Shown here: positions 1 through 10,252 of the stretch, in pieces
Numbering within the stretch: the first letter of the stretch is position 1
How the letters are laid out: every line of letters begins with the position of its first letter
DNA from: a virus
Lineage: Duplodnaviria; Caudoviricetes
Length of the DNA: 64,000 bases
IMG/VR virus record: IMGVR_UViG_3300010352_002815
Span: 1-64,000 of that record
Direction: 5' to 3' (one strand)
Made by a program: the position numbers and the translations under genes
The notes under the pieces: generated by a model
The model's input: the letters and a program-made list of their open reading frames with translations, nothing else
Databases searched by the model: none
What the model was told of the DNA's origin: nothing

Positions 1-822
1 TTAACACCTCATTATTCGTTCCGGCAAGAAATCCTTGAAACGCCATACTGCATTTTCCAGGATCTTGACATCAGCTATACAATGTTCAACAATATAATCA
101 AGCATCTTAGAATCTCGATTAAAGACCACGCCATTCCATTCCTTCATACCTAGGCGTGTTTTATCAGGAGATGCATCTGGATCACTAATACGTAGAATAT
201 CATTAATGCGTTCTAGTCTTCGGCTCGTTGGATTTGTGGTACGTTTTACTGTAAAGTAGAGATCTAATGAACGTTTTTTACTCGGAGGCTGAAGTCCATG
301 ATATAAAGATCGTGTTCTAATAAATGGAATATCAAATCGACTTCCGAAATACGTTACCACACCATCATAGTTTTCTAATTCGGTATTAAGTACTTCCAAT
401 AATGCCTTTTCTTCGGACAATAAATCTTTATTCGCTAAGTCAATTGCGCAAACTTTATATTTCTCGTCGGTTCCTAAGGTGTGAAGAACTGCGCAAATTA
501 TAATACCAAAGTCTGACTTTAATGATGATGTCTCGATATCAAGAACAGCAACTTTTGTCTTATTAGGATCTAGAAATATTTCAGAATTAATACTTTTAGT
601 AGTCTTTTTGGGCTTTTCTATAATTACTGCTGTATTAATAGTATTTTCCATACTGGGTGTCATTTCATTATCTTCAAATTTCATTTCATAATATTTTTTA
701 AATGTATTATGGTGGCATCCTAATTCGCGGCCACATGCTCTAAATGACTTTCCACAAGCGTTGTAAAAACTATTCAAACGCTCAAATGACCATTCTGATA
801 ATGGTGGTACGTTATCCTTCAA
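1..822 (-). CDS. RNase H-like (DnaQ/YprB-type) 3'-5' exonuclease with N-terminal HTH
   Basis: Exo motifs LDIETS, YFGSRFDIPF, HCIADV; HTH-like SFRACGRELGCHHNTFKKY. Start moved to TTG at 822, behind AGGAG (831-835). Confidence 0.75.
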   Translation of the reverse strand: MKDNVPPLSEWSFERLNSFYNACGKSFRACGRELGCHHNTFKKYYEMKFEDNEMTPSMENTINTAVIIEKPKKTTKSINSEIFLDPNKTKVAVLDIETSSLKSDFGIIICAVLHTLGTDEKYKVCAIDLANKDLLSEEKALLEVLNTELENYDGVVTYFGSRFDIPFIRTRSLYHGLQPPSKKRSLDLYFTVKRTTNPTSRRLERINDILRISDPDASPDKTRLGMKEWNGVVFNRDSKMLDYIVEHCIADVKILENAVWRFKDFLPERIMRC

Positions 823-865
823 TTTAAATTCTCCTAAAAATAATAAAAAAATGGTTGAAAATAGT

Positions 866-1597
866 TTAAATTCTATAATATATAGTGTAACTCCTATTAG
901 ACCAATTACACTTTCTGCGGGTTTTACCAACACGTCCAAATATTTTATTTAGTGTCACTGATATTTTTACGTAATTTTCCCGGTTGATAGACATATTTAA
1001 CGCCCGTAGCAAATACGGAACCGTACCAGGTGTTTTATCTTCGTCAATTACTAGGTCGGGCGTAGGCATATCCGGTAACAACGAAAGGAGTTTGCTTGTA
1101 AGAGTTTCTCTTTCTGGTTCGGTAACAATTACTCTATCCTTGTAATCTGAAAAGGATAGATCATGAAGTTTGCCAAGCTCGTTAAGACCTCTTGGCCACC
1201 AAGTCGGAATATCGGCTCCTGCATCTATATACATATATGACCGCTGATAAGGACTACCGCCATCCCTGCCTTTTGCTATATTACACGGTACACGAACTAT
1301 GCTTCCTCCTCGGATGCATTCATTTAATTCCCTAGTAACTGCGCACGATTTGAGTTGTACCCTAATTGCTTCGATTATATTTTGTGCTAAATGCAAGCTA
1401 GAAGGATCCACAACCGGCAACCCACTATCTTCTGATAAACGTAGATATTTTGGTTGTGTTGGCACAGTTGCTAATATACCACGAACTATCATATCGTGGT
1501 CAGGCTCAATTCTAATTTTATATGCATCTCTATGCACACCGTCTGCTTTCGCAGTTACGGTCTTACTCATTTCGTCTTGGCTAACAAACTCACTCAA
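866..1597 (-). CDS. hypothetical protein
   Basis: 243-aa ORF, GGAGG before TTG start, promoter at 1641-1660. Confidence 0.6.
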   Translation of the reverse strand: MSEFVSQDEMSKTVTAKADGVHRDAYKIRIEPDHDMIVRGILATVPTQPKYLRLSEDSGLPVVDPSSLHLAQNIIEAIRVQLKSCAVTRELNECIRGGSIVRVPCNIAKGRDGGSPYQRSYMYIDAGADIPTWWPRGLNELGKLHDLSFSDYKDRVIVTEPERETLTSKLLSLLPDMPTPDLVIDEDKTPGTVPYLLRALNMSINRENYVKISVTLNKIFGRVGKTRRKCNWSNRSYTIYYRI

Positions 1598-1640
1598 AGT
1601 ATATTACCTCCATTTTCACTATTAAAGTCATTAAAATTGG

Positions 1641-1660
1641 AGTATTTATAGTTTTTGGTT
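1641..1660 (-). promoter_or_regulatory. BRE/TATA-type viral promoter (ACCAAAA-N-TATA family)
   Basis: Minus strand AACCAAAAACTATAAATACT; one of ~20 related motifs. Confidence 0.65.
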
Positions 1661-1912
1661 TTTTAAGAGCCAAGCAACCTTAATAGGATGAAAAGTCATT
1701 TCCATTAAGTATTGACCGTCTGCATTTTGTTTGATTTCGATACTAGTCTTGTTAATAATTTCTGACGATATTTTATTAGACAATTCAGTTTCGTTACATC
1801 CCGATTCTTCCCAGGAACGTGTTATTATATCTAATTGTTCAATGTCCTTTTTATAACTTTCAAAAATATCATTTAGTTGTTTGTATTGGTCTTCTAAAAA
1901 AGTATTATCCAT
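1646..1912 (-). CDS. hypothetical protein
   Basis: 88-aa ORF just downstream of the promoter at 1935-1954. Confidence 0.55.
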   Translation of the reverse strand: MDNTFLEDQYKQLNDIFESYKKDIEQLDIITRSWEESGCNETELSNKISSEIINKTSIEIKQNADGQYLMEMTFHPIKVAWLLKNQKL

Positions 1913-1934
1913 TAAATATATTTAAACGGTTTCT

Positions 1935-1954
1935 AGTATTTAAAGGTTTTGGTT
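1935..1954 (-). promoter_or_regulatory. BRE/TATA-type viral promoter
   Basis: Minus strand AACCAAAACCTTTAAATACT. Confidence 0.7.
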
Positions 1955-2269
1955 ATAAACAGTTATGTCAAGGTATCGTATGCTATTTGAAATTGTCGGT
2001 TGACCATTTAGCTGTATAATTATATTAATATTACCAGAAAGTTCATTTAAGGTAATTTGACTTAGTTGACAATTATCATAGATCATAGGACGCCTGTCAT
2101 ATAACTTTTCGATAATAGACGACACTAATTGAGCCAAAAATGTTTTACCAGACGCGGCAGGACCATTAATTACCAATGATTGTCCGTAAGGATTATCAAT
2201 CCAGTTCCATAGTCGAGCTTCATCGAGTTCATTTAAATGTTTGAAATGTTTTACTGTCATTTTAGTCAC
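1940..2269 (-). CDS. small P-loop-containing protein
   Basis: Walker A GPAASGKT after a hydrophobic strand; only ~105 aa. Confidence 0.5.
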   Translation of the reverse strand: MTKMTVKHFKHLNELDEARLWNWIDNPYGQSLVINGPAASGKTFLAQLVSSIIEKLYDRRPMIYDNCQLSQITLNELSGNINIIIQLNGQPTISNSIRYLDITVYNQNL

Positions 2270-2410
2270 CTTATAATCATTATATTACCAGACTTAAATA
2301 CTATATGGAGTTCGGAAATTGTATCACCATCTACTTGGAGAATTTCTGTTAAGGCTTGTTTATTGCCTCTTGATATTTCTAATCGACGTTCTATTTCTTC
2401 GGCTATGTTT

Positions 2411-2821
2411 TCACGACCTTAGAATGTTTTTGGATATTACATATTCTAAAAACTTGCTATCTTGTAGATTATGTTCTGTTATGAAATTTGATAGTTCTGC
2501 CATGGTTTTTATAATATAATATACATGCTTATAAGCGTCCAGTTGTTTATATATCATTAATTCCAATAATGTCCTGGCTCCTTTATTATTATAATAAGCA
2601 TCCCACTGACGTGGTTCTTTATCAATAATATCATGATTTAAATGAATTCCTTTCATTATAATAGTATCATATTCTGTTTGTTCTATAATGCTTAATGTTC
2701 GAGTATTAAATGGAAACGTTGACAAGCATAATATAATACTATCCTTTATATCGCTCTCCTTGAAGTTAGGAATAATGTCATTAATATTTTTGTTAATGAT
2801 GATCATATAATCACCTCTCAA
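2411..2821 (-). CDS. hypothetical protein
   Basis: ORF in a co-oriented operon. Confidence 0.5.
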   Translation of the reverse strand: MRGDYMIIINKNINDIIPNFKESDIKDSIILCLSTFPFNTRTLSIIEQTEYDTIIMKGIHLNHDIIDKEPRQWDAYYNNKGARTLLELMIYKQLDAYKHVYYIIKTMAELSNFITEHNLQDSKFLEYVISKNILRS

Positions 2822-3050
2822 AGAATTCCAGGCAACTTTTGTCGAAATAAAACGACGATAATGCTTTTCCGTTTTCCATTATCATTGAGGATGTTCTGAT
2901 ATTAAATATTTCTTTTTGGTCCTCAAGAATTTTTAACGACTTATCAAGAATACCTTTGCCGTTACAGCAAGGAGTTGTATTATATATTTCTGTATATGAT
3001 ATTCCTGGAAAAATCTTAATAATATTTAGAATATCATCTACGGTTTGCAC
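2811..3050 (-). CDS. hypothetical protein, possible winged helix
   Basis: ILNIIKIFPGISYTEIY...LDKSLKILEDQKEI pattern resembles a wHTH. Confidence 0.4.
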   Translation of the reverse strand: MQTVDDILNIIKIFPGISYTEIYNTTPCCNGKGILDKSLKILEDQKEIFNIRTSSMIMENGKALSSFYFDKSCLEFFER

Positions 3051-3085
3051 AGACTTTTCATGTTTGATTTTTTCATAATCTACAT

Positions 3086-5599
3086 CTACTGAAATGCGAA
3101 TAATCCCACCTTCCTAGTTGGCTTTATATTAGTAGTTTGGTTTGAAGTATTAGTAGTTATTGGTTGGTTGCCTTCAAAACCAAATAACGACTGTTCTTTT
3201 AGGTGCTTTTTGCCAGTATTAATATCAATGCCTACTGCGTTGAATAAGCGTTCCAAGGGAGGCTTAACCTGTGATTCGATGTACCAAGTAGTGTCTATAC
3301 GACCATCCGTACTTTTTATATGGTCTATTGTATCAACCATTTCACTTATGCTACCAGTACTAGCTCCTGGTAGTGCCATGTACATTATACGATCGCCTAA
3401 GCCAGGTAGTTGTTCGCCCCTTGATTGCATTTTTCTATAGACCGTAACATGCGGTTGCACATTTTTATAGGAGTCTATGTTGCCGATTTTCCTACTTAAA
3501 ATTAACTTATTAGCTAAGTCTTCATTTAACCGAATATCACGCAGATTCTTGATATCGTTTAGAACGCTATTAGTATGTTCCCAGGCTTCCTGTACCTTGC
3601 CTTCGCACAAAATTAAATGGAATACTTTGTCCATTGTTTCGCCGACTAATTGAACCCAGTCACGCCTTCGAAGTTCCAAACCTCGATATTTCATGTGGTC
3701 TTTCCAACCATCTTTTGAAGGTTCAAAGATCCACATCGCGTAGCGTTTCTTTTCAAACAAAATAGCGCGCTTACAGAAACATTCAAAATCAATTTCCATG
3801 GGGGGAGGCAAAATCTTAAGCATTTCGTCGTGAATAATTTTAGAAGCTTTCAAAGCATCGTCTGGATTGTCAATAGCATTTAATTTAATGAAGACAGAAT
3901 CCGTGTCGCCACCTACTACCTTACAATCGACGAGTTTTTCGGCCGTCTGCTTAGTAAGACCAATCGAACGCCTACCAACCGACGTCACAGAATTTGCTAA
4001 TCGTGGATCGTAAAGTCGTCCCATTACCGCGCCAGTATAGCCATAAAAACTATTTAATAAAATCTTTACTGAATATTGTTGATTGTCATAATATTGCCGT
4101 TCTGACTCATTAGTAGCCTTTTTCATTAAGGTCTTAAGTTCTACCCGTTTATTATATAGTTTGGTAAGGATTCTAGGCATTATCCCGTGATAAACCATAT
4201 GATTTACATACGAAACCTTATTAGGAGCTTCTATAGAAGGCACGTTAGGGCTGTCCTCATTTATAATTGATGACCAACATATATTATAGGCTCTAATCGC
4301 AGATGGATACAGGCTTTTGTAGTCCATGACTATAAGATTTTCGTGTAAGCCGCGGTCTGGTTCGAATACCGTTGCACCTTCCACTTTATCAAGTTTTTTA
4401 TGTTTGTCATTAAGAGGCCACAATCGATTTTCCTTATAAAATTCTCGCAATAACATGGATTCTATGCGTCGGGACTGCCCACCATTAATTGTTTCGTGGA
4501 GAAGTAGTCCGCACTCTCTACTGATAGCAATATAACGATCCACTAATTTAAGTTCATTGATAATGTCTTGAAGTAGGTCAGCATCTCTAACCGCATAATC
4601 AATGAAGTCATTTAAACGTTTGGAATCGTTGCCTAACCAAATGGACCGCATTTCACTAGCTTTTATGTCTAATTTGGGTCTATTAAGCAGAGTCTTTGAA
4701 ACGTTTTCCAGACTATACGATGCAAGAGAATAATTAAGTTTGATAGCACTCAACAAGTCAATACAGGCTCTACCTGTTATGTTAAGTTCTTTGGTTTCTC
4801 CGAATTGTCGAATTACAAATGGTGACTTATCTCGTCCTAGATCGTTAATAATGTTTAATTTGGTTAGTCTTGTTTCTATATATGGAAAGTCAAAATTATG
4901 GTCATTGAATCCCATTACGACATCCGGATCATAATTATGGAAGATATCAATGAAGGTTTTTAAAAGGGTTCTTTCATCTTTAGTGAATATCTTGGATTCT
5001 GTTGATTGACCTTCCTTGGCTACTAGTACTATACTCTTACCATTATTAAAACTAATGGATATTATGGTTATTGGGTCGTTATTGGCATCTGGTACGCCTC
5101 GTTCTGGTGGCAAAACTTCAATATCTATGCCGAGTATTCTAATAGGAGCGTTGTCTTTACGGTCTACTAACATCACTGAATCTGAAGTAGCTTCCACCCA
5201 ATTCATGCCATAAAGGTTATAATTTGTTAGAAACCGTTGCGTAGCAAACAACACGTCAGCTTCAAATATACCTAGAATTTCAGGGTGTCCCAATAATTGA
5301 TCGCGTATTCTAGGAACGTCTCCCGGCCTTCCAACATAAATTTGCAAGACTTCAATTGGTTCTGTCTGGTAACCATTAGGCAGAAACCGATATTCCTCGA
5401 AAACGTCAGTAATTTCCGGAAATTCACTTAAGAGCATTTTAACTGTTTCGATATTTTTTGGCCTTACATAAAAGTATGGTTTGAGTCCATGAAAATCTTG
5501 GTAAATAGCATTGCCGTCTTCTGACCTGCCGTATATAGTAATGACTGGACCAGACGGAGTATTTCGATATTTTGTAGAAATTAATTGAAAAGTTACCAT
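3086..5599 (-). CDS. polB: family B DNA polymerase (archaeal type)
   Basis: Exo motifs DIE, FNDHNFDFPY, YAVRDA; polymerase motifs DYKSLYPS, KILLNSFYGY, GDTDS, KKRY; N-terminal KPYFY and IFEAD; C-terminal PIP-like motifs. Confidence 0.97.
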   Translation of the reverse strand: MVTFQLISTKYRNTPSGPVITIYGRSEDGNAIYQDFHGLKPYFYVRPKNIETVKMLLSEFPEITDVFEEYRFLPNGYQTEPIEVLQIYVGRPGDVPRIRDQLLGHPEILGIFEADVLFATQRFLTNYNLYGMNWVEATSDSVMLVDRKDNAPIRILGIDIEVLPPERGVPDANNDPITIISISFNNGKSIVLVAKEGQSTESKIFTKDERTLLKTFIDIFHNYDPDVVMGFNDHNFDFPYIETRLTKLNIINDLGRDKSPFVIRQFGETKELNITGRACIDLLSAIKLNYSLASYSLENVSKTLLNRPKLDIKASEMRSIWLGNDSKRLNDFIDYAVRDADLLQDIINELKLVDRYIAISRECGLLLHETINGGQSRRIESMLLREFYKENRLWPLNDKHKKLDKVEGATVFEPDRGLHENLIVMDYKSLYPSAIRAYNICWSSIINEDSPNVPSIEAPNKVSYVNHMVYHGIMPRILTKLYNKRVELKTLMKKATNESERQYYDNQQYSVKILLNSFYGYTGAVMGRLYDPRLANSVTSVGRRSIGLTKQTAEKLVDCKVVGGDTDSVFIKLNAIDNPDDALKASKIIHDEMLKILPPPMEIDFECFCKRAILFEKKRYAMWIFEPSKDGWKDHMKYRGLELRRRDWVQLVGETMDKVFHLILCEGKVQEAWEHTNSVLNDIKNLRDIRLNEDLANKLILSRKIGNIDSYKNVQPHVTVYRKMQSRGEQLPGLGDRIMYMALPGASTGSISEMVDTIDHIKSTDGRIDTTWYIESQVKPPLERLFNAVGIDINTGKKHLKEQSLFGFEGNQPITTNTSNQTTNIKPTRKVGLFAFQ

Positions 5600-5624
5600 A
5601 ATATTTTATCCTATTTTTATTAAA

Positions 5625-5996
5625 TCATTTAATGATACAATTAATAGTGTTTTCTGCATTTACCACGTCTTCAAATAATTGATTCAAGGATACCTTCATT
5701 ACAATTCTATGTTGCATCATATATAAATTTGTTGGCGGACAGTCGTCATAATTATTTAATTTTACTAATATAGTTCCTAGACTGCGTTCAATACTATAAT
5801 GAAAAACACAACCAACATAATTTTTATTTCTTAATGCAAATATTCTTGATGCTAAATTTGGTATTTGGTTGTTTGCTCTTTTTGCCCAACGTTCATATAG
5901 CCATATTTGTGCCATGTGCTTTTGATATAAATCGATTTCCTTGTTTGATTGATATTGTTTTATATCAAATAACTTATCAGTTATGAACATTTGCAT
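5625..5996 (-). CDS. hypothetical protein
   Basis: ORF preceded by GGAGG. Confidence 0.55.
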   Translation of the reverse strand: MQMFITDKLFDIKQYQSNKEIDLYQKHMAQIWLYERWAKRANNQIPNLASRIFALRNKNYVGCVFHYSIERSLGTILVKLNNYDDCPPTNLYMMQHRIVMKVSLNQLFEDVVNAENTINCIIK

Positions 5997-6006
5997 TACC
6001 TCCTAT

Positions 6007-6330
6007 TTAATAAATCGCTATTAAATCACCATCAGCATTAAATGTAAAATGGTTCTGGTTACTTATTATGGACTCAAATTCTGGCGGGGTTAATTCAACG
6101 TAACGTGGGCATGTTTTCATTGCATTCATTCTAAGGACAATTTCATCCAGGAAAAGCAACCTGAGCGTATTCAGGATAACAGGTACTTCATCGATATTTT
6201 GATCGCGTAATTCCTGATAAAGTATGCAAGTATTCGGACAACAATCGCAATTAGCTTCTGAAATATTTTTGCAATCTTTCAATAGAACGGCTATTATTGA
6301 ATCAAATTTATCTTGATTTATGCGGACTAT
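6007..6330 (-). CDS. hypothetical Cys-rich protein (proposed ATA start)
   Basis: GGAGG at 6338-6342 lies 7 nt before an in-frame ATA at 6330; the ORF track starts it at TTG 6282. Confidence 0.5.
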   Translation of the reverse strand: MVRINQDKFDSIIAVLLKDCKNISEANCDCCPNTCILYQELRDQNIDEVPVILNTLRLLFLDEIVLRMNAMKTCPRYVELTPPEFESIISNQNHFTFNADGDLIAIY

Positions 6331-6365
6331 AATTAGGCCTCCTAAAAATTATAATTAGAAAAATA

Positions 6366-6737
6366 TTATGTTATGGCAGCTGCTGCTCCTGCCATAATTT
6401 TCGTAACAACTACATATTCTGGTGCAAATATATACATCAACGCATCATGAAATATTAGGTAAACTATTAAATAACTAAGTACATATGTAACTAATAAGAA
6501 TACTAAGCTCCAACATATAGCCCCTTCTTTGCTAAATTCATGTTGAACTGATATCCATTGGTTAACTTTCTTAGCAGCATATATTGTAATAAATAACGAT
6601 AATAATGATACAACGATAACTGATATTCCATCTATCATTGTTCCTTTTACAGCAACTTCATAACCGTAACTCGACACATTATGAGCCGAATTAATACCAT
6701 CAGTGAGTACTTTTAATTCTGCATCGCTTAATACCAT
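6366..6737 (-). CDS. membrane protein (2 TM)
   Basis: Two long hydrophobic segments; GGAGG SD. Confidence 0.6.
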   Translation of the reverse strand: MVLSDAELKVLTDGINSAHNVSSYGYEVAVKGTMIDGISVIVVSLLSLFITIYAAKKVNQWISVQHEFSKEGAICWSLVFLLVTYVLSYLIVYLIFHDALMYIFAPEYVVVTKIMAGAAAAIT

Positions 6738-6740
6738 TTA

Positions 6741-6926
6741 TTAGACCTCCATGCATTCTATTGAACAAATTTGATCGACCTGCGATACTTCAAAATCTTC
6801 TGGCTTAACGGATTCCTTGGCTATTTCAGATGCTTCTTGAGCATTTATAGCATCTACAAGAACATCCGCGACCATGATTCCTGTGGACGTTACCAATACC
6901 CTAAATTGTTTTAGGTTTGCCGCCAT
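6741..6926 (-). CDS. hypothetical protein
   Basis: 61 aa, GGAG SD. Confidence 0.55.
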   Translation of the reverse strand: MAANLKQFRVLVTSTGIMVADVLVDAINAQEASEIAKESVKPEDFEVSQVDQICSIECMEV

Positions 6927-7128
6927 TGTTGTCTTCTCCTGAATAGTAGATTGTTAGGCCATCTTTACAAGCTTTGATTGTATTGTTGTTATAATTTTGG
7001 CCATTAAGGATTTCCAAGTCTTTGTCATGATTTCCTGATAATGTAGTTAGATACTTTTTCACGAAGTCTATTCTGATGCCTTTACGCCCACATATTTTAT
7101 TGATTTGGCCTAAGGTGAGTTTACTGAT
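6901..7128 (-). CDS. hypothetical 75-aa protein (proposed ATC start; not in ORF track)
   Basis: Open frame (M)SKLTLGQINKICGRKGIRIDF...KPKTI; GGAGG at 7136-7140 is 7 nt before ATC; promoter at 7159-7179. Confidence 0.5.
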   Translation of the reverse strand: MSKLTLGQINKICGRKGIRIDFVKKYLTTLSGNHDKDLEILNGQNYNNNTIKACKDGLTIYYSGEDNNGGKPKTI

Positions 7129-7158
7129 TTATATTCCTCCAAACTCTAATTAGTTTGG

Positions 7159-7179
7159 CTATTTAAATACTTTTTGGTT
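7159..7179 (-). promoter_or_regulatory. BRE/TATA-type viral promoter
   Basis: Minus strand AACCAAAAAGTATTTAAATAG, overlapping the helicase stop codon. Confidence 0.65.
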
Positions 7180-8782
7180 ACTTGAAACGAATTGCCTCAG
7201 AAAACCAATTATGGAATAAATTTCTGTTTCGATTGTAGAATGGTCCAAACGAACCATCCAAAATATGAGTTTCCGAAAAGTCAGTTGGACCGCGAGTAGT
7301 TCGACCACAAGCTTGTTGGACCAAACAAGCCGTCGTCATTCCGTACCATTGCCAATTATCAAGTTTGTTTCGGCTTTCGACCCAACTATCGCCCAAATTC
7401 GGAAATGGCAATTTCGCTATAATGTTCATTGGATAAGATGGACCATCTAATGAAATGCCTTCTTCGAACCTCACAGAAAGAAATATTCCTTCTTGCTTTT
7501 TTTGCCATTTTTCTAACGAACCTTCGCGCCAATCTGGTTCCTGGCAAACTACGTGCTCTCCCGGCAAATTCTCATAAATAAGACGAGCTATATAATAAGA
7601 ACCACAGTGCACGATAGTATGCTTACAATATGTGTCATGGAGTTGTTGGATGCGGTTTGCTATTAAAGGAGCAACTTTTTCTCGGTTCTGGTAGTTCATT
7701 GAGCCTACAGGATCATAATAGATTAAGCGATTCTTAACCGGTATAGGATGATCGACTTTAACCGAAACACTTTTGGAAGTTACTAAATCAGTGGTTGGTG
7801 TTCCAGATGCCAAAACAATACAATTTAAGCTTGCAGCTAAATCTCCAAACGGCACATATGCATTTAAAAGCTTAAAAGTTGGAACAACTGCTTGTTCTTT
7901 ACGACGTGTTTTATCATTCCAAACTTCTTGAATATCAGTTACTAACACATAAGGAACATCTGAATTAATATAACGAAGGGCATTACACGTCGAGATATAT
8001 TTTCGATGGAAACTATTATATTCGATTTTGCGAGACTTTAAACGCTTTAATTCGTCTTTGGTAGGTCGTCGTTTATCTCCGTCAAAAATACCTTTTCGAT
8101 ATTCCCTACAAGACTTTCCTGATGTGTTTACTGACGTTTGCAAGGAGTCTCGTTGCTTAATTAAATATTCTTTGATGTTAAAATTACACAGGAATTGTTT
8201 GACTTCAGGAATTTGATCAGAAACTCTTTTCTTTTTGGTTATTGCTTGGATATTAAGATCTAAATCTATCGTTGAATTGTCTAAGAGTTGACCTTCCAGT
8301 TCCGAACTTTCGTCGACTACTAAGCCTTTTGTTTCAGAATAGATACTTGGATCAACTAAATACCTTTTGAAGGTTACGGCTCCAAAGTCGGAGTTTTTAA
8401 AAGCATATTTAGCCAAACGATACGTGCACTTTTCGCAGGCTAAGAACCCATCGTCCTTGGCACTGAAAGGACAATCTTCTGCGGTGTAGCCTTCGATTGC
8501 ATTACATTTATAATTACGCTTGCCCACGAGCTTTGGTAAGTCAAATAGATTTCCATTCTCAATTAATGCAACCTGAGGCGACGTAAACATTATTTTTTTT
8601 AGACCAAATTCTTTTTCTAATATTCTACCGAATACGTATAAACTGACGGTCTTACCCGATGCTGTTGGAGCATTTAATTCAATGACTTTTTGACCGTTTT
8701 CGTAGAGATCAAGCATTTGCTGGATAGCTTTTTCTTGACCTACCCGAAAATATTTATAAGGATTGTATTTCTGAAAATTCAT
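7178..8782 (-). CDS. XPD/DinG/Rad3-like SF2 helicase
   Basis: Q motif FRVGQ, Walker A APTASGKT, four Cys (putative Fe-S cluster), DESS in the DEAH position, SGT, EGISL, QACGRTTR. Confidence 0.88.
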   Translation of the reverse strand: MNFQKYNPYKYFRVGQEKAIQQMLDLYENGQKVIELNAPTASGKTVSLYVFGRILEKEFGLKKIMFTSPQVALIENGNLFDLPKLVGKRNYKCNAIEGYTAEDCPFSAKDDGFLACEKCTYRLAKYAFKNSDFGAVTFKRYLVDPSIYSETKGLVVDESSELEGQLLDNSTIDLDLNIQAITKKKRVSDQIPEVKQFLCNFNIKEYLIKQRDSLQTSVNTSGKSCREYRKGIFDGDKRRPTKDELKRLKSRKIEYNSFHRKYISTCNALRYINSDVPYVLVTDIQEVWNDKTRRKEQAVVPTFKLLNAYVPFGDLAASLNCIVLASGTPTTDLVTSKSVSVKVDHPIPVKNRLIYYDPVGSMNYQNREKVAPLIANRIQQLHDTYCKHTIVHCGSYYIARLIYENLPGEHVVCQEPDWREGSLEKWQKKQEGIFLSVRFEEGISLDGPSYPMNIIAKLPFPNLGDSWVESRNKLDNWQWYGMTTACLVQQACGRTTRGPTDFSETHILDGSFGPFYNRNRNLFHNWFSEAIRFK

Positions 8783-9078
8783 AATAAACCTGATAAAAAA
8801 TATTATTTTGTAACTCTTTTTTAATAATTATAACCATAATCATCTAAATATCTTCTATGATGCGGAGGATATTCATCAGTATCGTCGGATGATGAAAATT
8901 CACAGACAGATACATGTTCAGTCTTTTCTTTTCGAATAAGTTTCTTAGCCATTTAAAACCCTTCCGTAATTTTATAAAATATATTCAATATATCATCATT
9001 AGTCATCATCATAACGGTTTCTGGATTAAGACCATATGTCCTAACTAGATCTCTTCGTCGCCAAGAAAAAGTTTTCAT

Positions 9079-9312
9079 TTAATCACCATGTAATAATTCA
9101 GATATTCGTTTATAACGATTCAACATTTCTAAGCAATCTTTCCCAACTGTCCAAGGATAATTATGTATGAGCCATTTAAGCATTTTAATATCTTCCGGTT
9201 TAATGTTATCTAATATTTCAAATATCATATCTTTATTCTGATAAAGCTTATTTGCGCATGCAACTGGATGCTTGATATCCTTTATTTCTGAAAATTTAAT
9301 AAATTTATTCAT
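9079..9312 (-). CDS. hypothetical protein
   Basis: GGAGGTG SD. Confidence 0.5.
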   Translation of the reverse strand: MNKFIKFSEIKDIKHPVACANKLYQNKDMIFEILDNIKPEDIKMLKWLIHNYPWTVGKDCLEMLNRYKRISELLHGD

Positions 9313-9433
9313 AAGACACCTCCAAATAAAACTTTCATGATTACGATTACAATACCTACTGCTTCAATAGGAAGCAAGTCAATGACTACATTTGGTATCA
9401 TATTCGAATCACCATACTATATAGTGACTTAAT

Positions 9434-9453
9434 AGTTAATAAAGGTTTTGGTT
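9434..9453 (-). promoter_or_regulatory. BRE/TATA-type viral promoter
   Basis: Minus strand AACCAAAACCTTTATTAACT. Confidence 0.55.
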
Positions 9454-9643
9454 ATAATTCTTTCCAATCTCCAAATAAACCCCATCCTGCTAGCCAAAAC
9501 CATAATATGTATATTGGTGTTAGATCATAATGAATGTAACGTAGGGATATATCTCCGATTATGAATCCTAGAAGTATTAAACACGAACCATAGTATCCTA
9601 TTACTAAAAAAAATTTTGTAAGATCAATTAATTCCTTGATCAT
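9452..9643 (-). CDS. small membrane protein
   Basis: Two hydrophobic segments; ATGA overlap with the upstream gene. Confidence 0.5.
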   Translation of the reverse strand: MIKELIDLTKFFLVIGYYGSCLILLGFIIGDISLRYIHYDLTPIYILWFWLAGWGLFGDWKEL

Positions 9644-10113
9644 ACTAATTCGCCTTTTTTAACCAACGCAAGCAAACTATATCCATTAATGTCTTTCCAG
9701 GCTGACTCGTCGCCTTGATCTCCTCGAGTGATCCTAAATAGCTTATCGATAACTCTAACAACTGTCAACAAATCCTGATAATCTTTTAGTTGAATTCCAT
9801 CTGGATATAAGACTTCTAGAATTTTATATGAATTACCAAAACTGTCGCCGTATTGCAATTGCTTGGATTCCACAAGTTTGGCAACGTCTTCTGCTATGTT
9901 TTCATAGACAGACTGTATATTAATTCCCACGTTTGAATTAATTTCGCACGGTCTTTTTTTAATAAGACTGGCATACTCTTCTCTGCATGATTTTTCCGGC
10001 AACTTATATGCTGGACAATCTACATTATCGATCATATTGCAATCATCGCAATAAATTGTTGAATGACCATTGCGTTCGCAACCTATAACATTTCCTGATT
10101 GTAAAATTAGCAC
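9640..10113 (-). CDS. Nmad1/DUF1599-like all-alpha NTP-pyrophosphatase-like protein with Cys-rich N-terminus
   Basis: KQLQYGDSF ... RVIDKLFRI ... ESAWKDINGYSLL matches the K-x-x-x-YG / DKxxR / D-x-x-GY pattern of this family. Confidence 0.6.
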   Translation of the reverse strand: MLILQSGNVIGCERNGHSTIYCDDCNMIDNVDCPAYKLPEKSCREEYASLIKKRPCEINSNVGINIQSVYENIAEDVAKLVESKQLQYGDSFGNSYKILEVLYPDGIQLKDYQDLLTVVRVIDKLFRITRGDQGDESAWKDINGYSLLALVKKGELV

Positions 10114-10252
10114 TATTGTTCACCTTTTTTCATATAAATCTTACCACTTGATTTATCTATCCAATATAAACGATATGTCTTACCAGTTTTCTTTTTCAAG
10201 TATTCTTGTAATATACGTTCAAGATCTTTTCGTTCAAATATTACTTCCATTT

